Below, piece by piece: positions 21,768 to 30,635 of a DNA stretch of 50,200 nucleotides. Below the pieces are notes generated by a model. The model searched no databases, was not told the origin of the DNA, and worked only from the letters and a program-made list of their open reading frames with translations. Origin of the DNA: a virus; IMG/VR virus record IMGVR_UViG_3300045988_033256; one strand, given 5' to 3'. How positions within the stretch are numbered: position 1 is the first letter of the stretch; every line of letters starts with the position of its first letter. A program made the translations under genes and the position numbers.

Positions 21768-21968
21768 TCACAGCACGCGCAGCATTTTGCATTTGATGCT
21801 GTTCAACCGACGATGCACCGTGCTTTCGCTCATGTGCAGCGTCATGCAAATCTGAGTAATAGAGCGCGCCGATGTTCGCAGGTCAAACACGGCGCGCTCT
21901 TCTGGTGTAAAATTGCACTCACGCCGGAAGTATTCCACCTCCGGCCTTGTAAATTCCGTTAATTTCAT
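21768..21968 (-). CDS. Sigma-70 region-4 / LuxR-type HTH protein (66 aa)
   Basis: The start is trimmed to the ATG at 21968, preceded by GAGGGGA. The pattern is FTPEERAVFDLRTSARSITQICMTLHMSESTVHRRLNSIKCKM. Confidence 0.65.
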   Translation of the reverse strand: MKLTEFTRPEVEYFRRECNFTPEERAVFDLRTSARSITQICMTLHMSESTVHRRLNSIKCKMLRVL

Positions 21969-22013
21969 GCGGTATCCCCTCGTTATGGTGTCACCGCATA
22001 TCTTTCCCCTCGT

Positions 22014-22149
22014 ATAAAAAAATCGGGTGCGACACACTTTCGCGCTTCGCACCCTATAAAAACACACCGTCCCACGTCCTCTACGTCTATACCCTATGTA
22101 GGTTCATAAGGCTTCGGGGAGCGCAGGAACAATGCGTTTTTTCAATTCT
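22014..22149 (-). ncRNA. Leader or small RNA of about 135 nt running from the 22156 promoter to an intrinsic terminator (stem 22025-22032 / 22047-22054 plus U7)
   Basis: The minus strand reads GGGTGCGA-agcgcgaaagtgtg-TCGCACCC followed by GATTTTTTTATACG. It lies between the promoter and the RBS of the sigma-r4-like gene. Confidence 0.5.
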
Positions 22150-22155
22150 GATAGG

Positions 22156-22184
22156 ATTATACCATCTTTTGTGTTCGTCCGCAA
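22156..22184 (-). promoter_or_regulatory. Promoter TTGCGG-17-(TGG)TATAAT immediately after the endolysin stop
   Basis: The -10 is the reverse complement of 22156-22161, with an extended TG. The -35 is the reverse complement of 22179-22184. Confidence 0.65.
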
Positions 22185-22185
22185 C

Positions 22186-22923
22186 TTAGCCGTAAAGGTG
22201 CGCACGGTCGTTGATAACCAGTAGGCGCAGCAGGTCGGTCGTCAGTGCCAGCTTGCCCTGATCGTCGCCTTGCAGAAATCCCTTATTGATGAGCTTCTGA
22301 ACGGTCTCTTTGCCCCATGCGGGTACTGCGTCTACCGTGTTATATACCTTCTTGGCGTTCTCAGCGTTTGCAATCTCCTGCTTTGCGATTGCGCGGGTCT
22401 GTGCTTCCGTCATGTCTTCAACCTCTTTCTCTGTCAGCATGGTTTTGAACTTCTCCCACAACTGAGGATTGCGAATCCACGGTTCGGGACAATTTTTTCT
22501 CGTCACATCATAGTGACGGCACACGCGGGATACCGGAATATGGTACTTTGCCATCAGCTCACGGGTCAGCTTTGCGGCACGCTTCATTGTAGCTTCTGGG
22601 ATAACGTACACGCCGTTTCGGATAACGCTACACATCTCAATTCCAATGGAATTAGCGTTCCGGCAGTCGTTGTAGTAACTGCCGCCGCGTTCCCTGCCGC
22701 AATGCCATGCCGTGTCGCTGTCCTTTACGCTCTGCACGATTCTTTCCGTATCCACGAAATAATGTGCGCTTGCGTTCAAACCGCCCTCACGCGCGAAATA
22801 ATCCGCGTTATTCTGTGCCGTATCGCCATTGTTCGCGGTAAAGTGCAGGCAAATCCAGTTGATTGGGAAGTCTCTGCCCTTGCGGTAGTTGCGGGAATTA
22901 CACTGCTTAAATGGAATACTCAT
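22186..22923 (-). CDS. Endolysin, N-acetylmuramoyl-L-alanine amidase (Amidase_2/PGRP type) with a C-terminal binding domain
   Basis: WICLHFTANNGDTAQNNADYF...ASAHYFVD...SIGIEMC...VCRHYDVTRKNCP are Zn-amidase motifs. It sits directly downstream of the holin. Confidence 0.9.
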   Translation of the reverse strand: MSIPFKQCNSRNYRKGRDFPINWICLHFTANNGDTAQNNADYFAREGGLNASAHYFVDTERIVQSVKDSDTAWHCGRERGGSYYNDCRNANSIGIEMCSVIRNGVYVIPEATMKRAAKLTRELMAKYHIPVSRVCRHYDVTRKNCPEPWIRNPQLWEKFKTMLTEKEVEDMTEAQTRAIAKQEIANAENAKKVYNTVDAVPAWGKETVQKLINKGFLQGDDQGKLALTTDLLRLLVINDRAHLYG

Positions 22924-23193
22924 TTACTCACCCTTCTTTTTCGGTGCGGTGTAGGTCAGCGCCGTTTCGGAATCCGTAATGCCCGCCGTCGTCGGGTCAA
23001 TGAACACGCTCAGCACCGCAAGGCACATCGTACAAAGCTGCACCGGATTAGACAGCACCGAAACAATACCGTCCCACACAGCCGCCCAGCTCGTAAACGT
23101 CTGCGGGTCAACGCCAATGGCCGTAATCGCCACGCTGACAATACCAACCCAAAACCACGGGTTCTTCATTCGTACAGGGATATTTACCTTCAT
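22924..23193 (-). CDS. Holin (phi-LC3-type)
   Basis: The start is trimmed to the ATG at 23193, preceded by GAGGTAA. The protein reads RMKNPWFWVGIVSVAI...SVFIDPTTAGITDSETALTY. Confidence 0.8.
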   Translation of the reverse strand: MKVNIPVRMKNPWFWVGIVSVAITAIGVDPQTFTSWAAVWDGIVSVLSNPVQLCTMCLAVLSVFIDPTTAGITDSETALTYTAPKKKGE

Positions 23194-23197
23194 ACTC

Positions 23198-23524
23198 TTA
23201 CCTCGCAATATGGTCTATTGCAATTCCTTCTAAGAACTGCTCGTAATCCTTCGTCGTCTTTTCAATGGCCGCAAGTCCTGCTTCTACCTCACCGTTGCAG
23301 TGACCGCGCTTTAATGCCATTGCTACGCCAACGGTAAGCTGACAGTTTGCGTTAAGCATTGCAAGCTGCAAGCGTCCCTCTTTGGCTCGTTGTTCCGCCC
23401 TCCGGTTTACCCGCTCCGTTTCTTCCTTTGCTCGCTTCTCGCGCTTGCCGGACTGCGCCGCCATAGCAGCGCAGATAATTCCGACAGCACCCGTGATAAT
23501 GGTGCAGATAACCTCCGTCGGCAT
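23198..23524 (-). CDS. Membrane-anchored coiled-coil protein (108 aa), lysis-module associated
   Basis: The N-terminal TM helix is VICTIITGAVGIICAAMAAQ, followed by a basic helix. Confidence 0.55.
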   Translation of the reverse strand: MPTEVICTIITGAVGIICAAMAAQSGKREKRAKEETERVNRRAEQRAKEGRLQLAMLNANCQLTVGVAMALKRGHCNGEVEAGLAAIEKTTKDYEQFLEGIAIDHIAR

Positions 23525-23647
23525 AATTAAATACCCACAATAGCAGAGGTGTTATATTCGTACATAGTTTCTTCCTTTCCGGGTATTCGCCCTATCAAAG
23601 TGTACATTTTTCTTTTATTTTGAGCACTTTACCGCAATTCTGAGCAT

Positions 23648-24049
23648 TTAGTCGAAGATATCGTGCAAACGATCTTCAACCCATACCGCAACCGCCGACA
23701 GCGCCGCCCATGCAATGGTAAACTGCGGGCACACCTGCCCCATGATATTGCCGGGCACGCCAGAGTAGTCCCACACGTCAAGACCGAGCCAGACATTGAG
23801 CACCAGACCGGCCAGCAGCTCCATCACGGTGCAGATCACAGCGCCCTGTGCCATCTGCAAGATGATCGGCGGTCGCTGCTGGATCTCATTCAGCAGGCCA
23901 ACTGCCACAAAGCACACGCCGCCGAGGATACCCATAGACCAGTGCGTGTAGCCGCGCCATGCGATCTCGATCAGCATATACATCACGCCGCCGATCAGCG
24001 CGAACAGCAGGTGCTCAAGCACAGACTTAGGCGTAATTCCACGCAACAC
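23648..24049 (-). CDS. Polytopic membrane protein (133 aa; DUF1113/CmpB-like)
   Basis: The GTG start at 24049 is preceded by AGAGGAGG at 6-nt spacing. Four hydrophobic helices are present. Confidence 0.65.
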   Translation of the reverse strand: MLRGITPKSVLEHLLFALIGGVMYMLIEIAWRGYTHWSMGILGGVCFVAVGLLNEIQQRPPIILQMAQGAVICTVMELLAGLVLNVWLGLDVWDYSGVPGNIMGQVCPQFTIAWAALSAVAVWVEDRLHDIFD

Positions 24050-24647
24050 TCAAGACCTCCTCTGCCGTCGCGGCATTGTGGAGATCCACCTCTGCTGCCT
24101 GCTGGATACTCACTCGTGGCTCAACGTAGGCTGCAATCGCCAGTGCCAGCGCACACAGATCGGCATACTGCCAGACCGTACACTCATCGCCGGTCGAGTT
24201 CCAACGCAGCTCACGTTCCACGCCCGCAGACTGCGCAACCTGCTGTACCGCCAGCGCCGATGTGAGCTGTGCCTGTTTTTCCGACGTTACAGCATACTTC
24301 TTGCCGTCCGTCCATGTCATCGGATTTTCAGACAGCCATGCGGCGAGGTCGGTTTTGCTGTCTGCGATACGCTGCTCACGCAGATCATCAACTGAGGTCA
24401 GTTGTGTGCCGTATTCCTCGCCGACGGCCTGTAAAAGCAGTGCGTCAGCCTGTGCGGTCACACGCTCCTGCAAATCAGCACCATCGGCAATCTCGGTGAC
24501 ATACTCGTCATACTCCCACTGCGTGTTTCCGTCTGCGTCTGTGGTTTCAACCGGATTCAGGCAAAACCTTACCCACGCGCGTCCCAGCTTGTTCGGCAGA
24601 CTATTCGCGGAGATTTTCTCCGGCTTGTTGTCGCCGTGTACCTTCAT
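24027..24647 (-). CDS. Tail-fibre-associated hypothetical protein (206 aa)
   Basis: RBS AAAGGAGTGA is present. It lies directly downstream of the tail-fibre gene. Confidence 0.6.
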   Translation of the reverse strand: MKVHGDNKPEKISANSLPNKLGRAWVRFCLNPVETTDADGNTQWEYDEYVTEIADGADLQERVTAQADALLLQAVGEEYGTQLTSVDDLREQRIADSKTDLAAWLSENPMTWTDGKKYAVTSEKQAQLTSALAVQQVAQSAGVERELRWNSTGDECTVWQYADLCALALAIAAYVEPRVSIQQAAEVDLHNAATAEEVLSVAWNYA

Positions 24648-24661
24648 TTAGATCACTCCTT

Positions 24662-26365
24662 TCAGGGTTCGCACAGGAGACGCGCGGAAACGTTCGAGCC
24701 CCAATCCGACGAAGCGTAGCCCGCAAAGAAGTACAACAGACCCGCAGCCGCACCGTCGCCCCAGGCACCACCAACACACACCACGCGCCAGCTTGACGAG
24801 GAATAAACGTAGTCCGGGATGTACGTCGTTTCCGAACCGCCAGATGTTTTCGGAATCAGTAAACCATTATCGGTAACGATCAAATCCTTAATCCAACCGA
24901 TCGTAGTCAGTGTACCAATATTGGTGTAGCCGGTCGAGGTATCGTCCGCATACTTGCTCGGGTCAGTGCAGTAGTAAGCCGTTGTACCGTTGACATTAAA
25001 GCCGTCTACCCACTGAAACACGTTGCCCCAGAGGTTTTCGATACCTCTGTATTGAACAGCGGATAGATTGTCCGAGTCGGATGCGTGTCCGGTATGATAG
25101 GTCATACTGTCCGTTCCACCAGAATAAAGCGCAGCGCTGTTATTGCCGTATGTGAATCCTTGTCCGATCTTAGACTGACAGTTCCAGTCTGCGAATTCCA
25201 CGATATACAGAAAGATAATTGCACAGTACGTTGCGAAATCGTAGAGATGGAATTTTGAGCCGCGAGGCCACGCAGTGTTTCGAAACCATGAACGAGTATT
25301 ACTAACAAGAGGGGATACGCCGGACTTGCTTATAATTTGATTCCCCACGTGGTACTTTCCGATATATTTACCACTACCCGGATGTTTTGTCATTCCGGTT
25401 TTTGGTTTATCGGAAACATAAAAATACTGTTTCGTGCCGTTGCGTTTCGCCGCAACGTAAAACTCCGGGATAAATACCATTGTATAGTTGCCGGAGCGTG
25501 AAAAACCGCTATCACCCTTCCACGCTGTCACTGTGCCGGATACGTTGAGGTTACATTCCCTCATTCCAGACCACGGTGCATAGCTATCAAAAGGTGAACT
25601 GCCCGAACCAGTACCAACAGCCGGAACAGGTTCAGTTGTCACCGAGCGCGTAACCAAACCGTATGGGTCAGTGCTCGGTGTTAACCTTGTCAGCGCCGTG
25701 CTCGAATTGCTCGTATCCCACACCACGCCGAACACAGTTGCATAGAAGAGTGTCAGCGTCTTGCTCTCGCCGCTCTTGCTGATCGTGACTGCACCGCTGG
25801 CCGTGTCTCTGCCTTTGGAAGCCTTGATTGCCCAAGTACCCGCCTTTCCGACGGTAAAAACCGCTGTGCCGGTGCTCGTCTTGGTCAGCACCGTGCTGCC
25901 CAGTGTCGCCGTCACCGCCGAACCGCTATCTACGGTTACGGTAATCGTACTCTGGAATTTCTCAAGCGTTACTGCAAGTGCTGTGTAATATGCCTTAGTT
26001 GTAACCTCGGCAGTGTACGTCGTACCGGAAAGTACCGCAGAAAGCGTGTAGGTCGTGTTAATACCGAGCACGCTTACCGTTGCCGTCTTGCTGCTGTCCA
26101 CCGCGCCGGTGTAGGTTTCACCGCCGCCGGAGAGCGTCCACGCCTGACCGACAAAATCGCTTGCAAATGTCAGCGTAATATAAGAACCGCCGCCGCCACT
26201 CGATGCATCAACTGCACCCGGAACATTGTCAGCCGTAAAGCCTACAAGCTGTCCTTTCTTACCCCTTAACCCATCCTGTTTACTGTCCCATGTAGATTCC
26301 TTTTCGCGTACCGCGCCGACCGCAGAATCAATCTGTGCGCCGGTGTGCGAAGAATTGTAAGCCAT
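24662..26365 (-). CDS. Tail fibre / receptor-binding protein with a C-type-lectin (FGE-sulfatase-like) C-terminal domain
   Basis: The N-terminus MAYNSSHTGAQIDSAVGAV is typical of fibre proteins. The C-terminus reads ...YRGIENLWGNVFQWVDG...SWRVVCVGGAWGDGAAAGLLYFFAGYASSDWGSNVSARLLCEP. Confidence 0.8.
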   Translation of the reverse strand: MAYNSSHTGAQIDSAVGAVREKESTWDSKQDGLRGKKGQLVGFTADNVPGAVDASSGGGGSYITLTFASDFVGQAWTLSGGGETYTGAVDSSKTATVSVLGINTTYTLSAVLSGTTYTAEVTTKAYYTALAVTLEKFQSTITVTVDSGSAVTATLGSTVLTKTSTGTAVFTVGKAGTWAIKASKGRDTASGAVTISKSGESKTLTLFYATVFGVVWDTSNSSTALTRLTPSTDPYGLVTRSVTTEPVPAVGTGSGSSPFDSYAPWSGMRECNLNVSGTVTAWKGDSGFSRSGNYTMVFIPEFYVAAKRNGTKQYFYVSDKPKTGMTKHPGSGKYIGKYHVGNQIISKSGVSPLVSNTRSWFRNTAWPRGSKFHLYDFATYCAIIFLYIVEFADWNCQSKIGQGFTYGNNSAALYSGGTDSMTYHTGHASDSDNLSAVQYRGIENLWGNVFQWVDGFNVNGTTAYYCTDPSKYADDTSTGYTNIGTLTTIGWIKDLIVTDNGLLIPKTSGGSETTYIPDYVYSSSSWRVVCVGGAWGDGAAAGLLYFFAGYASSDWGSNVSARLLCEP

Positions 26366-26369
26366 GCCA

Positions 26370-26747
26370 TCACTCCTTCATGCAGAGAAATTCGTTTCCG
26401 TCCGCGTCGAGCATGGTTTCGTTGCTGTCAGACGGAATAAAGCCCCAGTTGTCGTTCCAACTGCCATCCACACCCTGTGCGTAGAGGGAAATGCGATATT
26501 CGCCATCGCCAGAGAGCAGGAAATCATCGTAGACCTCGAACTGACGTTGCGTTACAGCAGGAGTCTGGGAGAAGGACGCAATAAGCGTCCCTCTCCCTCT
26601 GCCCCATTCCTCGCCGGACTTCGTAGCGCGGCACTCGAATGCCTGATACGGAATGTCAGACTGAAATGCAACAATCACCTTGTCGAAGCCAGAAACCGCC
26701 GAAATTCTCTCTCCCGTGATGGAAAAAGTCAGATTTGGAGCTGCCAT
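26370..26747 (-). CDS. Tail/baseplate accessory protein (125 aa)
   Basis: It is tightly coupled (TAAATG) within the tail operon. Confidence 0.6.
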   Translation of the reverse strand: MAAPNLTFSITGERISAVSGFDKVIVAFQSDIPYQAFECRATKSGEEWGRGRGTLIASFSQTPAVTQRQFEVYDDFLLSGDGEYRISLYAQGVDGSWNDNWGFIPSDSNETMLDADGNEFLCMKE

Positions 26748-27410
26748 TTACGCCACGCTCCAAGTACCGGCAGCGTTCTTTACGAACACCTTGACGATTT
26801 TCACGCCGTCGCCAGCGGATGCCGTTTCGAGGTCTGCGCCGTTGATAGTGACATTGATTGCAGTGTCGGCCTTGTAGCCGCCCTCAGTGCCGCTGGTGTT
26901 GGTGGAACCACTGGTAGTCGGAATCTGAGTACCCGCATTTTCAAGGCTGGATTCGCTCGGAACAACCTTGATTTTGTATTCCTCGAAGTCCGCATTAGCA
27001 GAGAACGAGAACGCAGATACGTTGAAGGTTGCCACCTTAGAAATCTTGCTCTTGTCCGGGCCGGTAATCGTAACAACCGGAACGGCGGTATCCAGCGTGA
27101 TCTTCGCGGTAACAGCAGCGGTTTCATTGCCTACGTCGTCTCGTACCTTGATGGATACGGTTTTCTGACCGTCGCCAGTGGTCAGCGTAATCGCCTTAGA
27201 CTTTACAAACGTTGCCCATGCAGCCTCGGCTTCCGTTGCTGCGCCTGCCACGCCCCAAATCTTCATCTGGTAGCCGGTCGTTACGCTGTCCGTCAGACCA
27301 ATCGTAGCCGTTACTGCCGTACTGGTTGCATAAGCAGCACCGTTGTTCAGTTTGAGGGTAAGCCCGGCAGGCGCGGTCGTGTCCAGTGTTAAATTAAAGA
27401 AAGATGCCAT
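26748..27410 (-). CDS. Ig-like (Big-type) domain tail protein (220 aa)
   Basis: TTAPAGLTLKLNNGAAYATS...DTAVPVVTITGP is typical of bacterial Ig-like repeats. Confidence 0.65.
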   Translation of the reverse strand: MASFFNLTLDTTAPAGLTLKLNNGAAYATSTAVTATIGLTDSVTTGYQMKIWGVAGAATEAEAAWATFVKSKAITLTTGDGQKTVSIKVRDDVGNETAAVTAKITLDTAVPVVTITGPDKSKISKVATFNVSAFSFSANADFEEYKIKVVPSESSLENAGTQIPTTSGSTNTSGTEGGYKADTAINVTINGADLETASAGDGVKIVKVFVKNAAGTWSVA

Positions 27411-27413
27411 GTT

Positions 27414-27551
27414 TTACACTCCTTTTGTGTTTAATTCAAGGTAAAGGTAGGAACTCTTGCGGCGATAGAGCAGTTCCTCGCCCAAATACGCCTCGTAAAT
27501 TCCCATCTTTCCTAAGAAATACGCGATAATGCTTTTGTCTCCGATATACAT
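27414..27551 (-). CDS. Possible small protein (45 aa)
   Basis: Hand translation gives MYIGDKSIIAYFLGKMGIYEAYLGEELLYRRKSSYLYLELNTKGV. The ATG at 27551 follows GGGGTGACGGA. It fills the only gap in the tail operon. Confidence 0.4.
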   Translation of the reverse strand: MYIGDKSIIAYFLGKMGIYEAYLGEELLYRRKSSYLYLELNTKGV

Positions 27552-27555
27552 TCCG

Positions 27556-28197
27556 TCACCCCGTTATCAGATAAAGCATAGTTTCATCGTGCTTTTCGAT
27601 TGCGTCATACTCTGCACGGGTCAAAACGCGAATAGCAGAAACATCATTTGAAAACACGTTGCCATGCCCGCCACCCGATGCGGGTACACCGGTATCTTCT
27701 TCGCCAATCCACCAGTTGCCGTTGTCTCCGATGAACGGAGTTAAGCCCTTCGCGCTTACGCCCGTGTCCTTGCCTGCAATTACCCAGTTGCCGTTATCGT
27801 CAATGGTCGGGTAAGTGTTGGCAAGCGCTTGCATTCGCTTTTCAAGTTCGGTAAACGCTGTCGGGATTTCCGGCCAGTGTGCGTCACCGCTCATCGTAGG
27901 CGGGATGTATGCGTGGATGCTGTTTGTGCTGCGCGTTTTCTCGCCTTGCGTGCCGTGCAGCTCGAAAGCATATTCACCTGCAACGGGAAGATTCTGTGCG
28001 GTCAGCAACACCGAGATTCCGGTTTCGTCCTGCTGCATCGGCAAGATATCCATGTTCCCACCTGCTGACACATACATTTCCCACGTCCAGTCGGGTGGGA
28101 GATTGCCTGTAACTGTGATGGAGCGCGTCAGATTATCATGCTGGCGGGCAAGCACTTCACAATCTGCGGTCAGCTCCCAGTTGTTGAAATAGATCAA
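27556..28197 (-). CDS. Tail protein with GxNGNWxIG..DTGV repeats (213 aa)
   Basis: The TTG start at 28197 is preceded by AAAGGAGAG. The repeats are DDNGNWVIAGKDTGV and GDNGNWWIGEEDTGV. Confidence 0.65.
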   Translation of the reverse strand: MIYFNNWELTADCEVLARQHDNLTRSITVTGNLPPDWTWEMYVSAGGNMDILPMQQDETGISVLLTAQNLPVAGEYAFELHGTQGEKTRSTNSIHAYIPPTMSGDAHWPEIPTAFTELEKRMQALANTYPTIDDNGNWVIAGKDTGVSAKGLTPFIGDNGNWWIGEEDTGVPASGGGHGNVFSNDVSAIRVLTRAEYDAIEKHDETMLYLITG

Positions 28198-28214
28198 CTT
28201 TTACTCTCCTTTCC

Positions 28215-30254
28215 CTAATAGTAGATGATAACGCAGCCTGCAACGCCAGCAGAACCAGCCGAACCGGTGCCTCCGCGTGCGGGATTCCAGTATACGGTGC
28301 TATCTTTTGCTCCAATGCTCGCTTTATCGCTCGAATCTTTTTCTGCGCCGCCCCAGCCACCGCCACCGCCACCGCCGTGACCTCCATAGCCACCGCAGCC
28401 AAACAAAGTTGGCTGTGTCGGTGGCTCTGCGTTTGCTCCTGCGCCGCCAACCACAATTCTTGCTCTGGCATATTTGTCACCCGGATCGCGAATGCTGCCA
28501 TTGTTACCCGGAGAACCGTTTGCGCCATAAGCAGCGCCACCGCCTCCGGAACCACGAGAAACCAGCTCATCATAATCACGGTTGGAACGATCTTCAACTA
28601 ACGACGTGCCGCCTATACCACCCATAAATTCAAGAACATTTCCGCCTGCATAAGCCTCGTGTTCGTACCCATTTTGGCCCGTATCCGGATTGGTTTCGTT
28701 GAACCAACCGCCGCCGTCGCCTCCGTCCGCACCAGCGTAGCCATCTTGCCCTTTCGCGCCGTACACGTTTCCCGAAAACAGCTCAATAAATCCGGAATCT
28801 TGTTCTACGCCATCCACAGACGAAAGCGAACCAAACGTTGATGCTTCATCTGAAATAGATACCGCAAATTCCTGACCGGGTGAAACCGTAACTGTACTTT
28901 CGAGAATTGCACCTCCGTTGCCGCCACTTCCCGCAGCGCCGCCGCTACCGCCGTGGCCGCCTAAAGCAAGGCTGTCGGAATAAAAAGAGCTGCTCGGCGC
29001 ATCCTGCCCCGATTTACCATCCGTGCCATTAGATCCATGTCCAATCATAACAACACGAATTTTGCTACAATTTTCAGGGACGGCAAAAGTCGTAGATTGA
29101 GAAATCACGATAACATTTTCGTAATAGTTTCCCGGCTTTACTGGTTGAAATCCAATAGCAACACGCAGAGTTGCTCGCATGATCTGACTGATTGCAACAT
29201 CTACGGCTTCTATAAAACCTGTATCGGCTTCCATAAACGGAGTTGTAAACGATATTTTTTGACCCACACTTTCTCCCGCGTACAAGATATCGCTTTGAAC
29301 TTGTGTTTTTAAGCCATAGTAATTCATCAAACGTTCTGCGATAGATGGCGAGTTAATGGCGTTTACCAAGGTTGCATCCTTCACGGTTTTAGTCGAATCA
29401 GATGCATTGCTCCGTGCATTATTTTGTAGGCGGTACAGTTTCGCTGTGTGTGTATATTTTTTCCCTGTAAGCGTTCCCGCTCCTGCGCCAATAATTGCAT
29501 AGTTTGCATTAGATGCAATAATTTCGAACGTGCCATCTACGGCCAAATCGTGCATCGGGTTGTCAAAGGTAACAAGTTCTCCGTTTGAACTTGATCCAGT
29601 AAAGAGCGTTACTTGTTCATCCGTTGTGAGCGCAGCATAGGCATGCTCGGTTACGTCTATTTCGGTTGCAGGGCTAACAGCTTTAACGCTGCCGCCTCGA
29701 AACACTCTATCCGCTGCAATATTCGTAATGTCAGAAGATAAGACAAACACACGGAGAGTACCGTTGGTTTCAGAAATTATATTTGCTCCCACAGCAAACA
29801 GCAGTTGATTGAGATTGTCTCGTCGCGTTGATATCGGAAGCCATCCATAGATTGTAATGTTACCAAGCGCGGATTCCAGAGTATATTCCGCATTGCCCAT
29901 CACGTCCGCTAATACATCAGAAAATGTATTTCCGTTGTACATGCCGCCAAAATGCTTTTGATTATCCAAAATACCAATGGCGTTAATGCACGAAAAATTA
30001 AATTTGTTGGTCGCAACTCGTTCAATCTGTGATAGATACATGGTTACAATCAACTCATCGTTTTCAAAGAACTGCACTTTTTCTCCTACCGAAAAGTCAG
30101 TTTCTTTTAATGAATCAGAACGGACAGAAAACACAAACGTGTCTATTTCTAACTCTTGCAAGGGCAGCGATGCAGCATGATATATATTTCCCGACACAAT
30201 TTCTGCGTCAGTGAATGTGGAATTTCCGCAAACAATTTTCTTGATATTCCTCAT
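28215..30254 (-). CDS. Tail tip / prophage-tail (endopeptidase-type) protein with a Gly-rich C-terminal region (679 aa)
   Basis: Its size and its position after the Dit-like gene and the tape measure fit this call. Gly-rich tracts include GGHGGSGGAAGSGGNGG and GGYGGHGGGGGGGWGG. Confidence 0.75.
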   Translation of the reverse strand: MRNIKKIVCGNSTFTDAEIVSGNIYHAASLPLQELEIDTFVFSVRSDSLKETDFSVGEKVQFFENDELIVTMYLSQIERVATNKFNFSCINAIGILDNQKHFGGMYNGNTFSDVLADVMGNAEYTLESALGNITIYGWLPISTRRDNLNQLLFAVGANIISETNGTLRVFVLSSDITNIAADRVFRGGSVKAVSPATEIDVTEHAYAALTTDEQVTLFTGSSSNGELVTFDNPMHDLAVDGTFEIIASNANYAIIGAGAGTLTGKKYTHTAKLYRLQNNARSNASDSTKTVKDATLVNAINSPSIAERLMNYYGLKTQVQSDILYAGESVGQKISFTTPFMEADTGFIEAVDVAISQIMRATLRVAIGFQPVKPGNYYENVIVISQSTTFAVPENCSKIRVVMIGHGSNGTDGKSGQDAPSSSFYSDSLALGGHGGSGGAAGSGGNGGAILESTVTVSPGQEFAVSISDEASTFGSLSSVDGVEQDSGFIELFSGNVYGAKGQDGYAGADGGDGGGWFNETNPDTGQNGYEHEAYAGGNVLEFMGGIGGTSLVEDRSNRDYDELVSRGSGGGGAAYGANGSPGNNGSIRDPGDKYARARIVVGGAGANAEPPTQPTLFGCGGYGGHGGGGGGGWGGAEKDSSDKASIGAKDSTVYWNPARGGTGSAGSAGVAGCVIIYY

Positions 30255-30257
30255 GTG

Positions 30258-30635
30258 TCACGTCCTTTGCGGTGCCATTGCGATAAACTGCACGGAAAGT
30301 CCCGTCCAGTATGATTCTCCGGGTTTCTTGCGAATGAGATTGTCTTGTCCGGCAGTAACATATGCGTTAAACGTAAGCGTGCTCTGTGCATACGGAACAA
30401 CAATTCTGTGACTGTCCTGCGGTGCACTCAGAACCTCGTACAGCGCATCGTAGTCGCCGTACTTGCCAACTGCGGGAAGAATCGTAATCTCGTAGTTGTA
30501 AAACGTACCGATAATGTCGCGAATCATTGCGCCGCTGAGCGTTCGCTCTGCGTTCTCGCCGTCAAGCACCTGAAATTTACGGGTAAGGCTTGTAACAAGG
30601 ACGTTGTACTTCTTTCCGTCTACGGTAAGTTCCAT
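30258..30635 (-). CDS. Distal tail protein-like (125 aa)
   Basis: It lies immediately downstream of the tape measure gene. Confidence 0.6.
   Translation of the reverse strand: MELTVDGKKYNVLVTSLTRKFQVLDGENAERTLSGAMIRDIIGTFYNYEITILPAVGKYGDYDALYEVLSAPQDSHRIVVPYAQSTLTFNAYVTAGQDNLIRKKPGESYWTGLSVQFIAMAPQRT

Noticed and set aside
24662-24800. Diversity-generating retroelement (DGR) variable region at the C-terminus of the tail fibre (C-type-lectin/FGE-like end ...GGAWGDGAAAGLLYFFAGYASSDWGSNVSARLLCEP)
   Set aside because: The fold-type motif resembles DGR targets. However, the complete 50-kb genome contains no reverse transcriptase ORF, and I found no template-repeat copy of this segment. It is treated as an ordinary receptor-binding domain.
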